This document shows, one piece after another, positions 47,133 to 56,906 of a stretch of 64,000 bases of DNA. Under the pieces are notes generated by a model. The model was given only the letters and a program-made list of their open reading frames with translations, had not been told where the DNA came from and made no database searches. A program made the position numbers and the translations under genes. The stretch comes from an uncultured Eubacteriales bacterium (lineage in GTDB: Bacteria; Bacillota; Clostridia; Oscillospirales; UBA644), in the NCBI GenBank assembly GCA_934438175.1, contig CAKSBH010000002.1, positions 156,780 to 220,779 on the forward strand, in the 5' to 3' direction. Position 1 is the first letter of the stretch; every line of letters begins with the position of its first letter.

Positions 47133-49554
47133 AAGCGCCTTTGTCGCGATCGAAGGGGTTCCTTACGAGGCGGACCGGCTGTTTGAATATGCCGTGCCGG
47201 AGGATCTTACCCCTCTCGTTTTTCCGGGAGCCGTGGTTCTTTGCCCGTTCGGCGCGGGAGACCGGAAGCGCCGCGGGGTTGTGTTTTCCGTGGGAAAAGC
47301 CGGTTCATCGGCGCGCAAGCCGCTTGCCGGTGTGACGGACGTCGGCTTTGCGCTGAATCCGGAATCCCTCCGGTTGGCGGAATATGTGCGGGGGAAATAC
47401 TTCTGCACGTATTTCGATGCCGTCCGCTGTGTGCTTCCTCCCGGAATTTTCGGGGCGACCGAGCGATTTTACGAGGAAATCTGCTGCAAAGACGAGAAGC
47501 TTCACGCCTATTTTGCCGCAAACGGCGGCAGGGCGGAGCGCCGGAAGCTGCAGGCCGATCTGGGCCGTGCCGGCTATACCCGGCTGCTGCGTGCCGTCCG
47601 GGACGGCGAGGCGCGGGAGGTGTTCCGGTCGCAATCGGTCCGTTCCCGGACGCAGCGCACCGTATCGGTCGGACCGCAGGCGGAGGCGTATCGGCGCACG
47701 CTTGCGCAAAGCACGTCTGCGACGGCAGAGAAGCATCGGGCGGTTCTGGCCTTTCTGACGGAGCACGGCGAGAGTGTTCCTTCGGAGGTGTGCCGTGCTG
47801 CCGGCGTCGGAGAGGGTGTGCTGAAAACCCTGGAAAAAAAAGAAGCGGTCCGTTTCGGTCTGCGGGAGCAGGCGAGGGATCCGCTGGGGGAACGGCGCGG
47901 AGAGGTCCGTCCCGATCCCATTGTTCTTTCCGAAGAGCAGCAGAAAGCGTTTGATGAGATCTCGGCACAGTTCGGCTCCGGGAAGACGCATCTTCTGTAC
48001 GGGGTGACCGGCAGCGGAAAAACGCATGTTTATCTGGCTCTGACCGACCGGATTCTTGCCGAGGGCAAGCGTGTGCTTCTGCTGGTTCCCGAAATTCTTC
48101 TGACGCTGCAGATTGTGGACATCTTCTGCCGCCGGTACGGAAAGGATCTTGCCGTTCTGCACAGCGGTCTTTCCGCCGGAGAACGGTTTGACGAGTGGCA
48201 CCGGATTGCCTCCGGAGAATGCCGCATCGTCGTGGGGACGCGTTCGGCGGTGTTCGTTCCGCTTCGGGATCTCGGACTGATTCTGATTGACGAAGAGCAG
48301 GAACATACCTACCGTTCGGAAATGACCCCAAAATACAGCGCCGTGGAGGTGGCATCGTTCCGTGTGCGGGAGGCAGGGGCTTTGCTTCTGACCGCATCCG
48401 CCACCCCGTCGTTTGAACGCTTTCGGGCGGCGACGGAGGGAAAGATCGGATACTCCGGAATCCTCCACCGCTATAATGCCCGCCCGCTTCCCAAAACGCT
48501 TGTTGTGGATATGACAAGAGAGCAGCAGGAGGGAAACTCCTCGCTTTTCAGCCGGGAGCTTTCCACGCAGATCCGTGAAAATCTTGCCCGGAAGGAGCAG
48601 ACGGTTCTGTTTATGAACCGTCGCGGATACAGCTCGTTTGTGTCCTGTCCTTCCTGCAAATATGTGTTCCGCTGTGAAAGCTGCGGTATTCCCATGACGT
48701 ATCACCGTGCCGGAAACGAGTTGGTCTGCCATTATTGCGGAGCCCGGAGACCGGTTCCCGATCTCTGCCCCGAATGCGGCGGACATACCATCCGCTATGC
48801 CGGGGCGGGAACGCAGAAGGCGGAGGAGGAGCTGCAAAGAAAATTCCCCGAAGCACGGATTCTCCGCATGGACGGCGATACGGTGACCCGCAAAGGCGAG
48901 CGCGACCGTCTTCTTACGGCGTTCCGCCGCGGAGAGGCGGATGTTCTGCTGGGTACCCAGATGATTACCAAGGGGCTGGATTTTCCCAATGTAACGCTGG
49001 TGGGCGTGCTGATGGCGGATTCGCTTCTGTATTCCTCGGATTTCCGCGCGTACGAAAAAACGTTTTCCGTTCTGACGCAGGTCATCGGTCGTGCCGGACG
49101 GGCGGAAAAAGAGGGCCGTGCCGTTGTGCAGACGTATTCTCCGTCCCATACGGTGCTGGGGTTTGCCTTCCGTCAGGATTACGGCGGATTCTTCCGTCAG
49201 GAAAGCGGACTCCGCAAAATTCTCGGCTATCCTCCGTACTGTGACCTTTGTCAGGTCGTATTTCTGGCGGATACCGTTGCCCGTGCCTTTGTCGGCGCCG
49301 AGGAGTGGATCCGCATGGTGTCCGAGGCCGTAAAAACCGAGGAATATGCCCGGCTTCCGGTCTGCATTATCCGCCCCCGTGAAACGGCGGTTCCGATGGA
49401 AAAGGGCAGACACCGGGTGCGTGTGCTGATGAAATGCCGGGATATCACGCTGATGCGGCGGATGCTTTCCGTGCTGTATATAGAATATCGGAAAAACAAA
49501 GAATTCAAAGACGTGACCGTGGATCTTACCATGAATCCCGCGGTCATTGTATGA
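47125..49554 (+). CDS. priA: primosomal protein N' (replication restart helicase PriA)
   Basis: ATG 47125 overlaps the rpoZ end. Walker A GVTGSGKT, DEEQ box, and Cys-rich zinc region CPSC...CESC...CHYC...CPEC. Confidence 0.93.
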   Translation: MTESAFVAIEGVPYEADRLFEYAVPEDLTPLVFPGAVVLCPFGAGDRKRRGVVFSVGKAGSSARKPLAGVTDVGFALNPESLRLAEYVRGKYFCTYFDAVRCVLPPGIFGATERFYEEICCKDEKLHAYFAANGGRAERRKLQADLGRAGYTRLLRAVRDGEAREVFRSQSVRSRTQRTVSVGPQAEAYRRTLAQSTSATAEKHRAVLAFLTEHGESVPSEVCRAAGVGEGVLKTLEKKEAVRFGLREQARDPLGERRGEVRPDPIVLSEEQQKAFDEISAQFGSGKTHLLYGVTGSGKTHVYLALTDRILAEGKRVLLLVPEILLTLQIVDIFCRRYGKDLAVLHSGLSAGERFDEWHRIASGECRIVVGTRSAVFVPLRDLGLILIDEEQEHTYRSEMTPKYSAVEVASFRVREAGALLLTASATPSFERFRAATEGKIGYSGILHRYNARPLPKTLVVDMTREQQEGNSSLFSRELSTQIRENLARKEQTVLFMNRRGYSSFVSCPSCKYVFRCESCGIPMTYHRAGNELVCHYCGARRPVPDLCPECGGHTIRYAGAGTQKAEEELQRKFPEARILRMDGDTVTRKGERDRLLTAFRRGEADVLLGTQMITKGLDFPNVTLVGVLMADSLLYSSDFRAYEKTFSVLTQVIGRAGRAEKEGRAVVQTYSPSHTVLGFAFRQDYGGFFRQESGLRKILGYPPYCDLCQVVFLADTVARAFVGAEEWIRMVSEAVKTEEYARLPVCIIRPRETAVPMEKGRHRVRVLMKCRDITLMRRMLSVLYIEYRKNKEFKDVTVDLTMNPAVIV

Positions 49555-49562
49555 GGTGAAAC

Positions 49563-50021
49563 ATGGCAATCCGAAACATTGTAAAAGAAGGGGACGACAC
49601 CCTGAAAAAAGTCTGCCGGCCGGTGGAACACTTTGACGACCGTCTGCGCGAGCTGGTGGAGGATATGAAGGATACGCTGAAAAAGGCGGACGGACTCGGT
49701 CTTGCCGCCCCGCAGATCGGCGTTCTGCGCCGCATTTTCGTTTTGCTGGATGACGATGAAACGATGCGCACCATGATCAATCCGGAGATCGTTCTTGCCG
49801 AAGGAACGCAGGAAGCCCAGGAGGGGTGTCTGTCTGTTCCCGGCGTTTTCGGAAAAACCGTCCGTCCCGCTCATGTGATTGTCCGTGCCAAGGATGAATA
49901 CGGAAACGACGTGACGATGGACCGGCGCGGCATCACCGCCGTGTGCCTCTGCCATGAAAACGATCATCTCAACGGCATCCTGTTTCGGGAACACGTAACG
50001 GAATATCTGGATGCGGAATAA
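49563..50021 (+). CDS. def: peptide deformylase
   Basis: Motifs GLAAPQIG, EGCLSVPG and HENDHLNG. Confidence 0.95.
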   Translation: MAIRNIVKEGDDTLKKVCRPVEHFDDRLRELVEDMKDTLKKADGLGLAAPQIGVLRRIFVLLDDDETMRTMINPEIVLAEGTQEAQEGCLSVPGVFGKTVRPAHVIVRAKDEYGNDVTMDRRGITAVCLCHENDHLNGILFREHVTEYLDAE

Positions 50022-50033
50022 AGGAGCGGTCCG

Positions 50034-50939
50034 ATGAGAATTTTGTTTATGGGCACCTCGGATTTCGCCGTGGCGAGCATGCGCAGTCTGGTCGATGCGG
50101 GGAAAACGCCCTGTGCGGTCTTTTCCCAGCCCGACCGTCCCCGCGGAAGGGGTTATACTATGACGCCCACGCCGGTCAAGGCCTATGCGTTGACGTGCGG
50201 GATTCCGGTCTATACCCCGGAGACGCTGAAGGACGGGGCGGTGCTTCCGCTTTTGCGTGAACTGGCGCCGGATGTAATCTGCGTGGCGGCGTACGGGAAA
50301 ATTCTGCCTCGATATGTGCTGGATTTTCCGAAGTACCGGTGCATCAATGTTCACGGCTCGCTGCTGCCCAAATACCGGGGAGCGGCGCCGATCCAGCGCG
50401 CCATCATGGCAGGGGAAACGGTGACGGGTGTGACCACCATGCTGATGGAGGAGGGGCTGGATACCGGCGATATGCTGCTGAAACAGGAGGTGCCGATTCT
50501 TCCGGACGACGATTTCGGCACCCTTCACGATAAACTTGCCGCTGTGGGCGGAGAACTGCTGGTGCGGACGCTGGATGCCCTGGAGGCGGGAACGCTGGTT
50601 CCGGAAAAGCAGGAGGGTGAGACCTGCTACGCTTCCATGATTGACAACGAAACACGCCGGCTGGATTTTTCGCTTCCGGCACAGCAGCTGGTCAACCGGA
50701 TCCGTGCTCTTTCGCCGGCACCGTGTGCCGTGTGTACGCTGGACGGGAAGCCCGTGAAAATTTTCCGTGCCCATGCGCTGGCGGAAACGACTTCGCTTGC
50801 TCCCGGTGAGATTGTGCGCGGGCTTTGTGTGGCGACGGGAGACGGTGTGCTTTCGGTGGATGAACTGCAGCCGGAAGGAAAAAAACGTGTGGCTGCGGCG
50901 GATTATCTCAACGGACACAAACCGGTCCGTTTTGTGTGA
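50034..50939 (+). CDS. fmt: methionyl-tRNA formyltransferase
   Basis: MRILFMGT...; HGSLLPKYRGAAPIQ motif. Confidence 0.95.
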   Translation: MRILFMGTSDFAVASMRSLVDAGKTPCAVFSQPDRPRGRGYTMTPTPVKAYALTCGIPVYTPETLKDGAVLPLLRELAPDVICVAAYGKILPRYVLDFPKYRCINVHGSLLPKYRGAAPIQRAIMAGETVTGVTTMLMEEGLDTGDMLLKQEVPILPDDDFGTLHDKLAAVGGELLVRTLDALEAGTLVPEKQEGETCYASMIDNETRRLDFSLPAQQLVNRIRALSPAPCAVCTLDGKPVKIFRAHALAETTSLAPGEIVRGLCVATGDGVLSVDELQPEGKKRVAAADYLNGHKPVRFV

Positions 50940-51005
50940 AATCGGATTATTTTTGCCCGATCTGCATATTCTGAAACAAGGACGTGCCGCTTTCCGCGGC
51001 GGGAG

Positions 51006-52025
51006 ATGACGATGAAAACGGATCTTTCCTCGCTGACCTATGAGGAGCTTGAACGGGTTCTGACCGAAAACGGAGAACCGAAATTCCGTACCGGGCAGAT
51101 TTTTTCCTGGTTTGCCCGCGGGGTGTTTTCCTTTGCGGAGATGAGCGATCTTTCCAAGCCGCTGCGGCAGAAGTTGGAAGATACCTGCACCGCCGCCTCC
51201 CTAACGGTTCGCAAAAAACTGGAATCGGCGGACGGAACGGTGAAATATCTGTTTGCGCTGGCGGACGGGCAGCTGATTGAAACCGTGGTCATGACCTACG
51301 AGCACGGAAAGAGTGTCTGCATTTCTTCTCAGGCGGGATGCCGTATGGGCTGCCGCTTCTGTGCCAGCACGCTGACGGGCAAGGCAAGGGATCTGACGGC
51401 GGGCGAGATGCTTGCGCAGGTTTCCTTTGCGCGGCGGGAGCACGGGATTTCCCATGTTGTGGTGATGGGGGTCGGAGAGCCGCTGGACAATTACGACAAT
51501 CTGGTTATCTTTTTGCGGAATCTCAACGACCGGCGCGGAATGAACCTGGGGCTTCGCCATGTTTCGGTCTCCACCTGTGGGCTGGTGGACCGGATGGACG
51601 CGCTGGCGCGTGAGAATTTTCCGCTTACGCTGTCGGTGTCGCTGCATGCTCCGGACAACGAAACACGGGATCGGCTGATGCCGGTCAACAAAAAATATCG
51701 GGTGGAAGAACTGATTGCCGCCTGCCATCGGTATCTGGAGGCGACAGGGCGGCGCATTTCGTTTGAATATACGATGGTTCGCGGAATCAACGACAGCCCC
51801 GCGCACGCACGCCGTCTGGCGGTGCTGGTAAGCGGGATGCTGTGCCATGTCAATGTGATTCCCGTGAACTATGTGCCCGAACGGGGGCTATATCCGTCGG
51901 ACAAGGCGACGGTTCGCAGGTTCTGTCAGATTCTGGAGCGGGAGCGCGTGAATGTTACCGTGCGCCGGACACTCGGCGGCGACATCAACGCCTCGTGCGG
52001 ACAATTAAGACATTCGGAGGAGTGA
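51006..52025 (+). CDS. rlmN: 23S rRNA/tRNA (adenine-C2)-methyltransferase RlmN (radical SAM)
   Basis: FRTGQIFSWF N-terminus. CxxxCxxC cluster GCRMGCRFCAS. C-terminal DINASCGQL. Confidence 0.93.
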   Translation: MTMKTDLSSLTYEELERVLTENGEPKFRTGQIFSWFARGVFSFAEMSDLSKPLRQKLEDTCTAASLTVRKKLESADGTVKYLFALADGQLIETVVMTYEHGKSVCISSQAGCRMGCRFCASTLTGKARDLTAGEMLAQVSFARREHGISHVVVMGVGEPLDNYDNLVIFLRNLNDRRGMNLGLRHVSVSTCGLVDRMDALARENFPLTLSVSLHAPDNETRDRLMPVNKKYRVEELIAACHRYLEATGRRISFEYTMVRGINDSPAHARRLAVLVSGMLCHVNVIPVNYVPERGLYPSDKATVRRFCQILERERVNVTVRRTLGGDINASCGQLRHSEE

Positions 52026-52029
52026 GAGT

Positions 52030-52773
52030 ATGGTTGCAGTGGGAAAGACCGACGTCGGAAAGGTGCGGACGTCCAATCAGGACCGGGTTTTTGTACGGGT
52101 TCTGGAAAAAGAACGTGCTTATGCCGTTGTATGTGACGGAATGGGCGGACACGCCGGCGGAGAAGTTGCCAGTGAACTGGCGTCGGAATGCATCCGGGAA
52201 GGACTGGACCGCATCCGGGAGGGTGCTTCTGCGGAGGAGATTCTGCTGCGGATGACCGATGCCGTGAAAAAAGCAAACCGCAAGGTCTTTGCCGAGGGTC
52301 TCTGCCGGGAGGAGCTGCGCGGAATGGGTTCTACGGCGGTGGTCGCCTATCTCTGCGGCAGGGTTCTTCTGATTGCGCATGTGGGCGACAGCCGTGCCTA
52401 TCTGTTCGGTGCGGACGGAACCGCCCGGCAGCTGACGCAGGATCATTCGCTGATGCAGGAAATGATCGATCGGGGGGAGATTCTGCAGGAGCAGTCGGAA
52501 AAATTCCCGTATAAAAACCTGATTACCCGCGCCGTCGGCATTGAGCCGGAGGTGCGTGTGGATACCGGGGTGTTTGACTGGCATGACGGCGATACGGTTC
52601 TGCTTTGCTCGGACGGGTTGTCCAACACCGTAAAACTGCCGCAGATGCAGGCAATCCTCGCCGAGGAAAAAGCCGATGGCTCCCGTGCCTGCCGCCGGCT
52701 GATCGATCTTGCCAACCGGAACGGCGGCCCGGACAACATCACCGTTGCCGTGCTGAAGACGGACGAAGAATAA
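52030..52773 (+). CDS. stp: PP2C-family Ser/Thr phosphatase
   Basis: GKVRTSNQD...CDGMGGH...NGGPDNITV. Directly upstream of prkC. Confidence 0.92.
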   Translation: MVAVGKTDVGKVRTSNQDRVFVRVLEKERAYAVVCDGMGGHAGGEVASELASECIREGLDRIREGASAEEILLRMTDAVKKANRKVFAEGLCREELRGMGSTAVVAYLCGRVLLIAHVGDSRAYLFGADGTARQLTQDHSLMQEMIDRGEILQEQSEKFPYKNLITRAVGIEPEVRVDTGVFDWHDGDTVLLCSDGLSNTVKLPQMQAILAEEKADGSRACRRLIDLANRNGGPDNITVAVLKTDEE

Positions 52774-52790
52774 AACGGGAGAGAAAAAGG

Positions 52791-54557
52791 ATGGATAAAT
52801 TGATCGGAACCGTTCTGGACGGACGTTATATCATTCGCGAGATCATTGGCACCGGAGGCATGAGCATTGTATACCGGGCGGAGGACGTGCTGGAGGACCG
52901 CAACGTCGCCGTCAAGGTGCTGAAGGAAGAGTTTGTGTCGGATCTCAAGTTCCGCCGCCGCTTTCTCAACGAATCCCGTGCCATTGCCATGCTTTCGCAT
53001 GAAAACATCGTGGACGTGGTGGATGTCTGCTTTGAGGGCCCGGTTCAGTATATCGTGATGGAATACATCGAGGGCAAGACGCTCAAGGATTATATGGCGG
53101 AAAAGGGCGTTTTGGGTGTGGATGAGGCGTTGGGATATACAACGCAGATTCTGCGTGCCCTGGAGCATGCCCACGAGCGCGGGATTGTTCATCGGGATAT
53201 CAAGCCGCAGAACATCATGCTTCTGGAAAACGGGCGCATCAAGGTGACGGACTTCGGGATCGCTCACGTTTCTTCCAACGAAACGGTCACAATGTCCGAA
53301 ATGGCGATCGGTTCGGTGCATTACATCAGCCCTGAGCAGGCCAAGGGACATGCGACCGACGAGAAGAGCGACCTGTATTCCACCGGCGTGGTGCTGTATG
53401 AGATGGTTACGGGACAGCTTCCGTTTGACAGCGACACCGCCGTTTCCGTGGCGCTGATGCAGGTTCAGCAGACGGCGCGGGTTCCGTCGGAGATTGTTCC
53501 CACGCTGCCCAAGGCGATTGACCAGATTGTGATGAAAGCCATGCGGAAGATTCCGGAGGAGCGGTATCAGCACGCATCGGAAATGCTTGCGGATATTGAG
53601 AAATACAACGAAAATCACGAGATTGTTTTTCCCTATGACTTTTCCGACGAAACAAAGGCGGCGCCTTTGCCGGAATTATTCGGAGAAAAAAAGATGAACG
53701 GAAAAAAGAAAAAAGCCGTTTCCGGAGCCCGGACACGGCGCAGATACAACCGGATTCTGTCGCTGGCGATCGGGATTGCCGCCGCCGTTGTTCTGGTGGT
53801 TCTCGGCTATCGGCTGATGACCTTCGGCATCGGGGCTCTGGTGGGGGAATACGTTTCCGTGCCGGATTTCCGGGGCAGTGATCTCAGCGTCGTGCAGACG
53901 GAATATCTGGCAGACAAAAACTTCAAGCTGGAGTATGAATACGAATACAACGACTCGGCGGCATACGGAATCATTCTGTCGCAGACGCCGGAGCCCGGAA
54001 AGAAGATCGGCGCGGGAGAAACCGTTACCGTGCATCTTTCCGTGAGCAAGGGTTCGCAGACGACCGTTGTGCCGAAGATTGTCGGTCTTCTTCTTTCCGA
54101 TGCGAAGATCCGCCTGACGCAGAACTTTCTGACGTACGACCTGAGCTTCCGTGAGGATAAGACGAAGCCGGAAAACACGGTTCTGTCCTGTTCGCCGCTT
54201 CCCGGCGAAACGGTTCCGGTCGGGGCGACGATTTCCATTGTTATCAGCACGCGCAGTGTGCAGAGCACCGTCTCCGTGCCCAATGTGACGGGACGCACCA
54301 ACACGGAGGCCATGCGTATGCTGACGGAGGCGGGGCTTCTGTATGTGGTGAAGCAGAGCTACAGCGAAACGTACCCGGCGGGCTGGGTGATGTCGCAGAC
54401 GCCGATCGGCGGCGAAAAGGTGGCGCCGAATACCACGATTACCCTGTATGTCAGCCGCGGTCCCATCCCGACTCCGGACCCTGTGAACTCGGACGGCGAG
54501 GAGACCGGCTCGGACGGTCAGGAAACCGGTTCCGACGCGCAGGAAGAAACCGAATGA
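52791..54557 (+). CDS. prkC: Ser/Thr protein kinase with three PASTA repeats
   Basis: ATG 52791. GTGGMSIVY, HRDIKPQN and DFG motifs. One TM helix, three PASTA-like units, acidic SDGEETGSDGQETGSD tail. Confidence 0.93.
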   Translation: MDKLIGTVLDGRYIIREIIGTGGMSIVYRAEDVLEDRNVAVKVLKEEFVSDLKFRRRFLNESRAIAMLSHENIVDVVDVCFEGPVQYIVMEYIEGKTLKDYMAEKGVLGVDEALGYTTQILRALEHAHERGIVHRDIKPQNIMLLENGRIKVTDFGIAHVSSNETVTMSEMAIGSVHYISPEQAKGHATDEKSDLYSTGVVLYEMVTGQLPFDSDTAVSVALMQVQQTARVPSEIVPTLPKAIDQIVMKAMRKIPEERYQHASEMLADIEKYNENHEIVFPYDFSDETKAAPLPELFGEKKMNGKKKKAVSGARTRRRYNRILSLAIGIAAAVVLVVLGYRLMTFGIGALVGEYVSVPDFRGSDLSVVQTEYLADKNFKLEYEYEYNDSAAYGIILSQTPEPGKKIGAGETVTVHLSVSKGSQTTVVPKIVGLLLSDAKIRLTQNFLTYDLSFREDKTKPENTVLSCSPLPGETVPVGATISIVISTRSVQSTVSVPNVTGRTNTEAMRMLTEAGLLYVVKQSYSETYPAGWVMSQTPIGGEKVAPNTTITLYVSRGPIPTPDPVNSDGEETGSDGQETGSDAQEETE

Positions 54558-55441
54558 GTCAAAACGGAAGGATTGTCCGGGGCGTGGGCGGGCTGTATAC
54601 CGTGCGCTGTGAAGACGGGGTGCGGGAATGCCGTGCCCGCGGTGCGTTCCGCCGGGAGGGGCTGACCCCTTTGGTGGGCGACTACGTTACGGTGTCGGAC
54701 GGCGTAATCGACGCCGTTCTGCCCCGCAGAAACCATCTGATCCGCCCCGCGTGCGCAAACATCGACAAGCTGATTCTGGTTGCTGCCCTGTCTTCTCCGG
54801 ATCCCAATTTGTATACGCTGGACAAAATGCTGACCATTGCGTATTATCACCACATCGAGCCGGTTCTGGTGCTTAACAAAAGCGATCTGGACGATGTGCA
54901 GAACCTGCGGAGCATTTATCGGGGGCTTCCGCTCCGGGTTCTGGAGTTGCAGGCATCCTCCGGGGATCCGGCGCAGGCGGAACCGCTTCGGCGTGAGATC
55001 TGCGGGTGCACAGTTGCGTTCAGCGGAGCGTCGGGGGTGGGAAAATCCACACTGGTCAATCTGCTGGATCCTTTTCGGGAACGCCGGACGGGAGCGGTCA
55101 GCGAAAAACTCGGCCGCGGCCGTCATACCACGCGGTGCGTGGAGCTGTACGAGATGTGCGGCGGCGAGGTGATGGATACGCCGGGCTTCAGCAATCTGTT
55201 GTTTGAATATTTTGATCTTGCGGACCGGACGGAGCTTGCCGGCTGTTTCCCGGAATTCCGTCCGTATCTCGGACAGTGCCGGTTTGACGACTGTCATCAC
55301 TTCCGGGAACCGGACTGTGCCGTCTCGCAGGCGGTGCGGGACGGAAAAATTCCGGAAAGCCGGTACCGCAACTATTGTGCCATGTATGAGGAGCTGGGCG
55401 AGCCGCAGACATGGAAAACGAAAAAGGGGAAACCGTTATGA
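54554..55441 (+). CDS. rsgA: ribosome small-subunit-dependent GTPase A
   Basis: Circularly permuted GTPase (NKSDL..., GASGVGKSTL) with a C-terminal zinc-finger Cys/His cluster. Confidence 0.92.
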   Translation: MSQNGRIVRGVGGLYTVRCEDGVRECRARGAFRREGLTPLVGDYVTVSDGVIDAVLPRRNHLIRPACANIDKLILVAALSSPDPNLYTLDKMLTIAYYHHIEPVLVLNKSDLDDVQNLRSIYRGLPLRVLELQASSGDPAQAEPLRREICGCTVAFSGASGVGKSTLVNLLDPFRERRTGAVSEKLGRGRHTTRCVELYEMCGGEVMDTPGFSNLLFEYFDLADRTELAGCFPEFRPYLGQCRFDDCHHFREPDCAVSQAVRDGKIPESRYRNYCAMYEELGEPQTWKTKKGKPL

Positions 55442-56334
55442 AGAAAAAGATTTTTCGGATTTTGTGTCTGCTTCTCTGTGCCGTGTTTGTTTTTTCCGTT
55501 ATGGCAGCGGCGGATTTCGGCAATGCCGAAGGCGGCGGCGACTGGGATTTCGGGGACAGCGACTGGGGAGACAGTGACTGGGGCGACAGTGACTGGGGCG
55601 ACAGCGATTTCGGCGGTGTTCTCTTTCTGCTTTCCGACGGCAATCCGGTGGTGATTCTGATTGTGGTTGCCGTGCTGATTGTGTTCTTTATTCTGCGCAA
55701 CCGGAAGAACGGGGGCTCCTCCGTGATGCCGACGCAGAAGGTGATGCCCCGCGACTATGCAGCCATTGAGACGGCGGTTCTTGCCAAGATCCATGCCGTT
55801 GATCCAGCTTTTGCGGTGGAGGATTTCAAGACCTTTGCCGGGGATGTTCTGGTGCGGGCGCAGAAAAGCTGGGAAGAAAAGAATTTGCGTGCGTTCCGCC
55901 CGTATATCAGCGACACGTATTTCAACACCGTCCATGCTCAGCTGGAGGAATTCATCCGGCAGAAAAAAACCAATCATTTGGACGGAACGTGTGTGGTTGA
56001 CACCTATCTGACCGGGTTTGAAACGAACGACCGGTATGAGGTTCTGACCGTGCGGATCAAAGCCACGTTGTTTGACTATGTGACCGACGACGCCACGGGG
56101 AACCTGCTTTCGGGCAGCCAATCCGACCGGCAGACCCGCTATTACTGCCTGACGTTTATCCGCACGGCGGGAAAGAAGACCGCGGTGGGTGAAAAACTTT
56201 CTTCCGCCACCTGCCCGAACTGCGGCGCGCCGCTGCAGCTGACGGCGGCAGGCGTGTGCGAATATTGCATGAGCGTGATTACCACAAGCGAATTTGACTG
56301 GGTTCTGAACCGGTATGAGCTGTGGCGCGACTGA
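55438..56334 (+). CDS. Tim44-like domain membrane protein with acidic repeat ectodomain and C-terminal zinc ribbon
   Basis: ATG 55438 overlaps the rsgA stop. Signal/TM segment, (GD[WS]D[FW])x5, a TM helix, a Tim44-like domain (DPAFAVEDFKTFAGDVLVRAQKSWEE...), and CPNCGAP...CEYC. Confidence 0.75.
   Translation: MKKKIFRILCLLLCAVFVFSVMAAADFGNAEGGGDWDFGDSDWGDSDWGDSDWGDSDFGGVLFLLSDGNPVVILIVVAVLIVFFILRNRKNGGSSVMPTQKVMPRDYAAIETAVLAKIHAVDPAFAVEDFKTFAGDVLVRAQKSWEEKNLRAFRPYISDTYFNTVHAQLEEFIRQKKTNHLDGTCVVDTYLTGFETNDRYEVLTVRIKATLFDYVTDDATGNLLSGSQSDRQTRYYCLTFIRTAGKKTAVGEKLSSATCPNCGAPLQLTAAGVCEYCMSVITTSEFDWVLNRYELWRD
55537..55611 (+). repeat. five tandem 15-nt coding repeats
   Basis: GGNGACWGBGAYTKS units at 55537, 55552, 55567, 55582 and 55597, encoding GDWDF GDSDW GDSDW GDSDW GDSDF. 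Confidence 0.9.
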
Positions 56335-56350
56335 TTTTCGGACAAACGGA

Positions 56351-56387
56351 AAGATCCCGGCAATACCACAGGTATTGCCGGGATCTT
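56351..56387. terminator. bidirectional terminator-type hairpin between convergent genes
   Basis: AAGATCCCGGCAATACC (56351-56367) / GGTATTGCCGGGATCTT (56371-56387). Perfect 17-bp stem with only short T stretches on either side. Confidence 0.65.
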
Positions 56388-56401
56388 AATGTTTCGGAGA
56401 T

Positions 56402-56674
56402 TCAGTTTTTCTTTTCGTTCAATACGTTTTTGCCGTAAAGATTGAAGCGGAACAGAAAACTTTCGTCCTCCGGTTTTTCGCATTCGATTCTTGCCTTGCT
56501 GACGATTCCGCCCTCAATGAGCGTCGTCAGACCGATCAGCTGGCACAGCTTGCTTTTCAGATTCAGTCGGTCTCCCTCGGGCGTAACCAGATAAACGGCA
56601 CCCTTGCAGAGGTCGATGGCTTTCATGAATTCTTGGAGATCCACTTTGTGCAGTTCAATTGCATCCAATGCCAT
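56402..56674 (-). CDS. small hypothetical protein, possibly HPr-fold-like
   Basis: 90 aa. The segment GAVYLVTPEGDRLNLKSKLCQLIGLTTLIEGG resembles the second half of HPr-family proteins. No clear phospho-His motif. Confidence 0.55.
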   Translation of the reverse strand: MALDAIELHKVDLQEFMKAIDLCKGAVYLVTPEGDRLNLKSKLCQLIGLTTLIEGGIVSKARIECEKPEDESFLFRFNLYGKNVLNEKKN

Positions 56675-56878
56675 AAATATACACTCCCTTATCCGGTGAT
56701 TTTTTGATTTTTTCTTTTCCCTCTACAGTATAGCAAAAAAAAGACAATCGGTCAAGCACGGTTCCCGATTTTTTTCGACAGATTTGACAAACCGGGCTTT
56801 TTTTGTTATTCTTAGAACGCCGACCCCGCGGTTTTGCCGCGGTCATACGGGATGAGCGCAAATGTCCGGAACGGAAAA

Positions 56879-56906
56879 TTTCCGGCAGGACGTTTTTCCG
56901 GCAGGA
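56879..56906 (+). repeat. 12-nt direct repeat x2 just upstream of the WYL regulator gene
   Basis: TTTCCGGCAGGA at 56879-56890 and 56895-56906, a 16-nt period. Confidence 0.9.
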
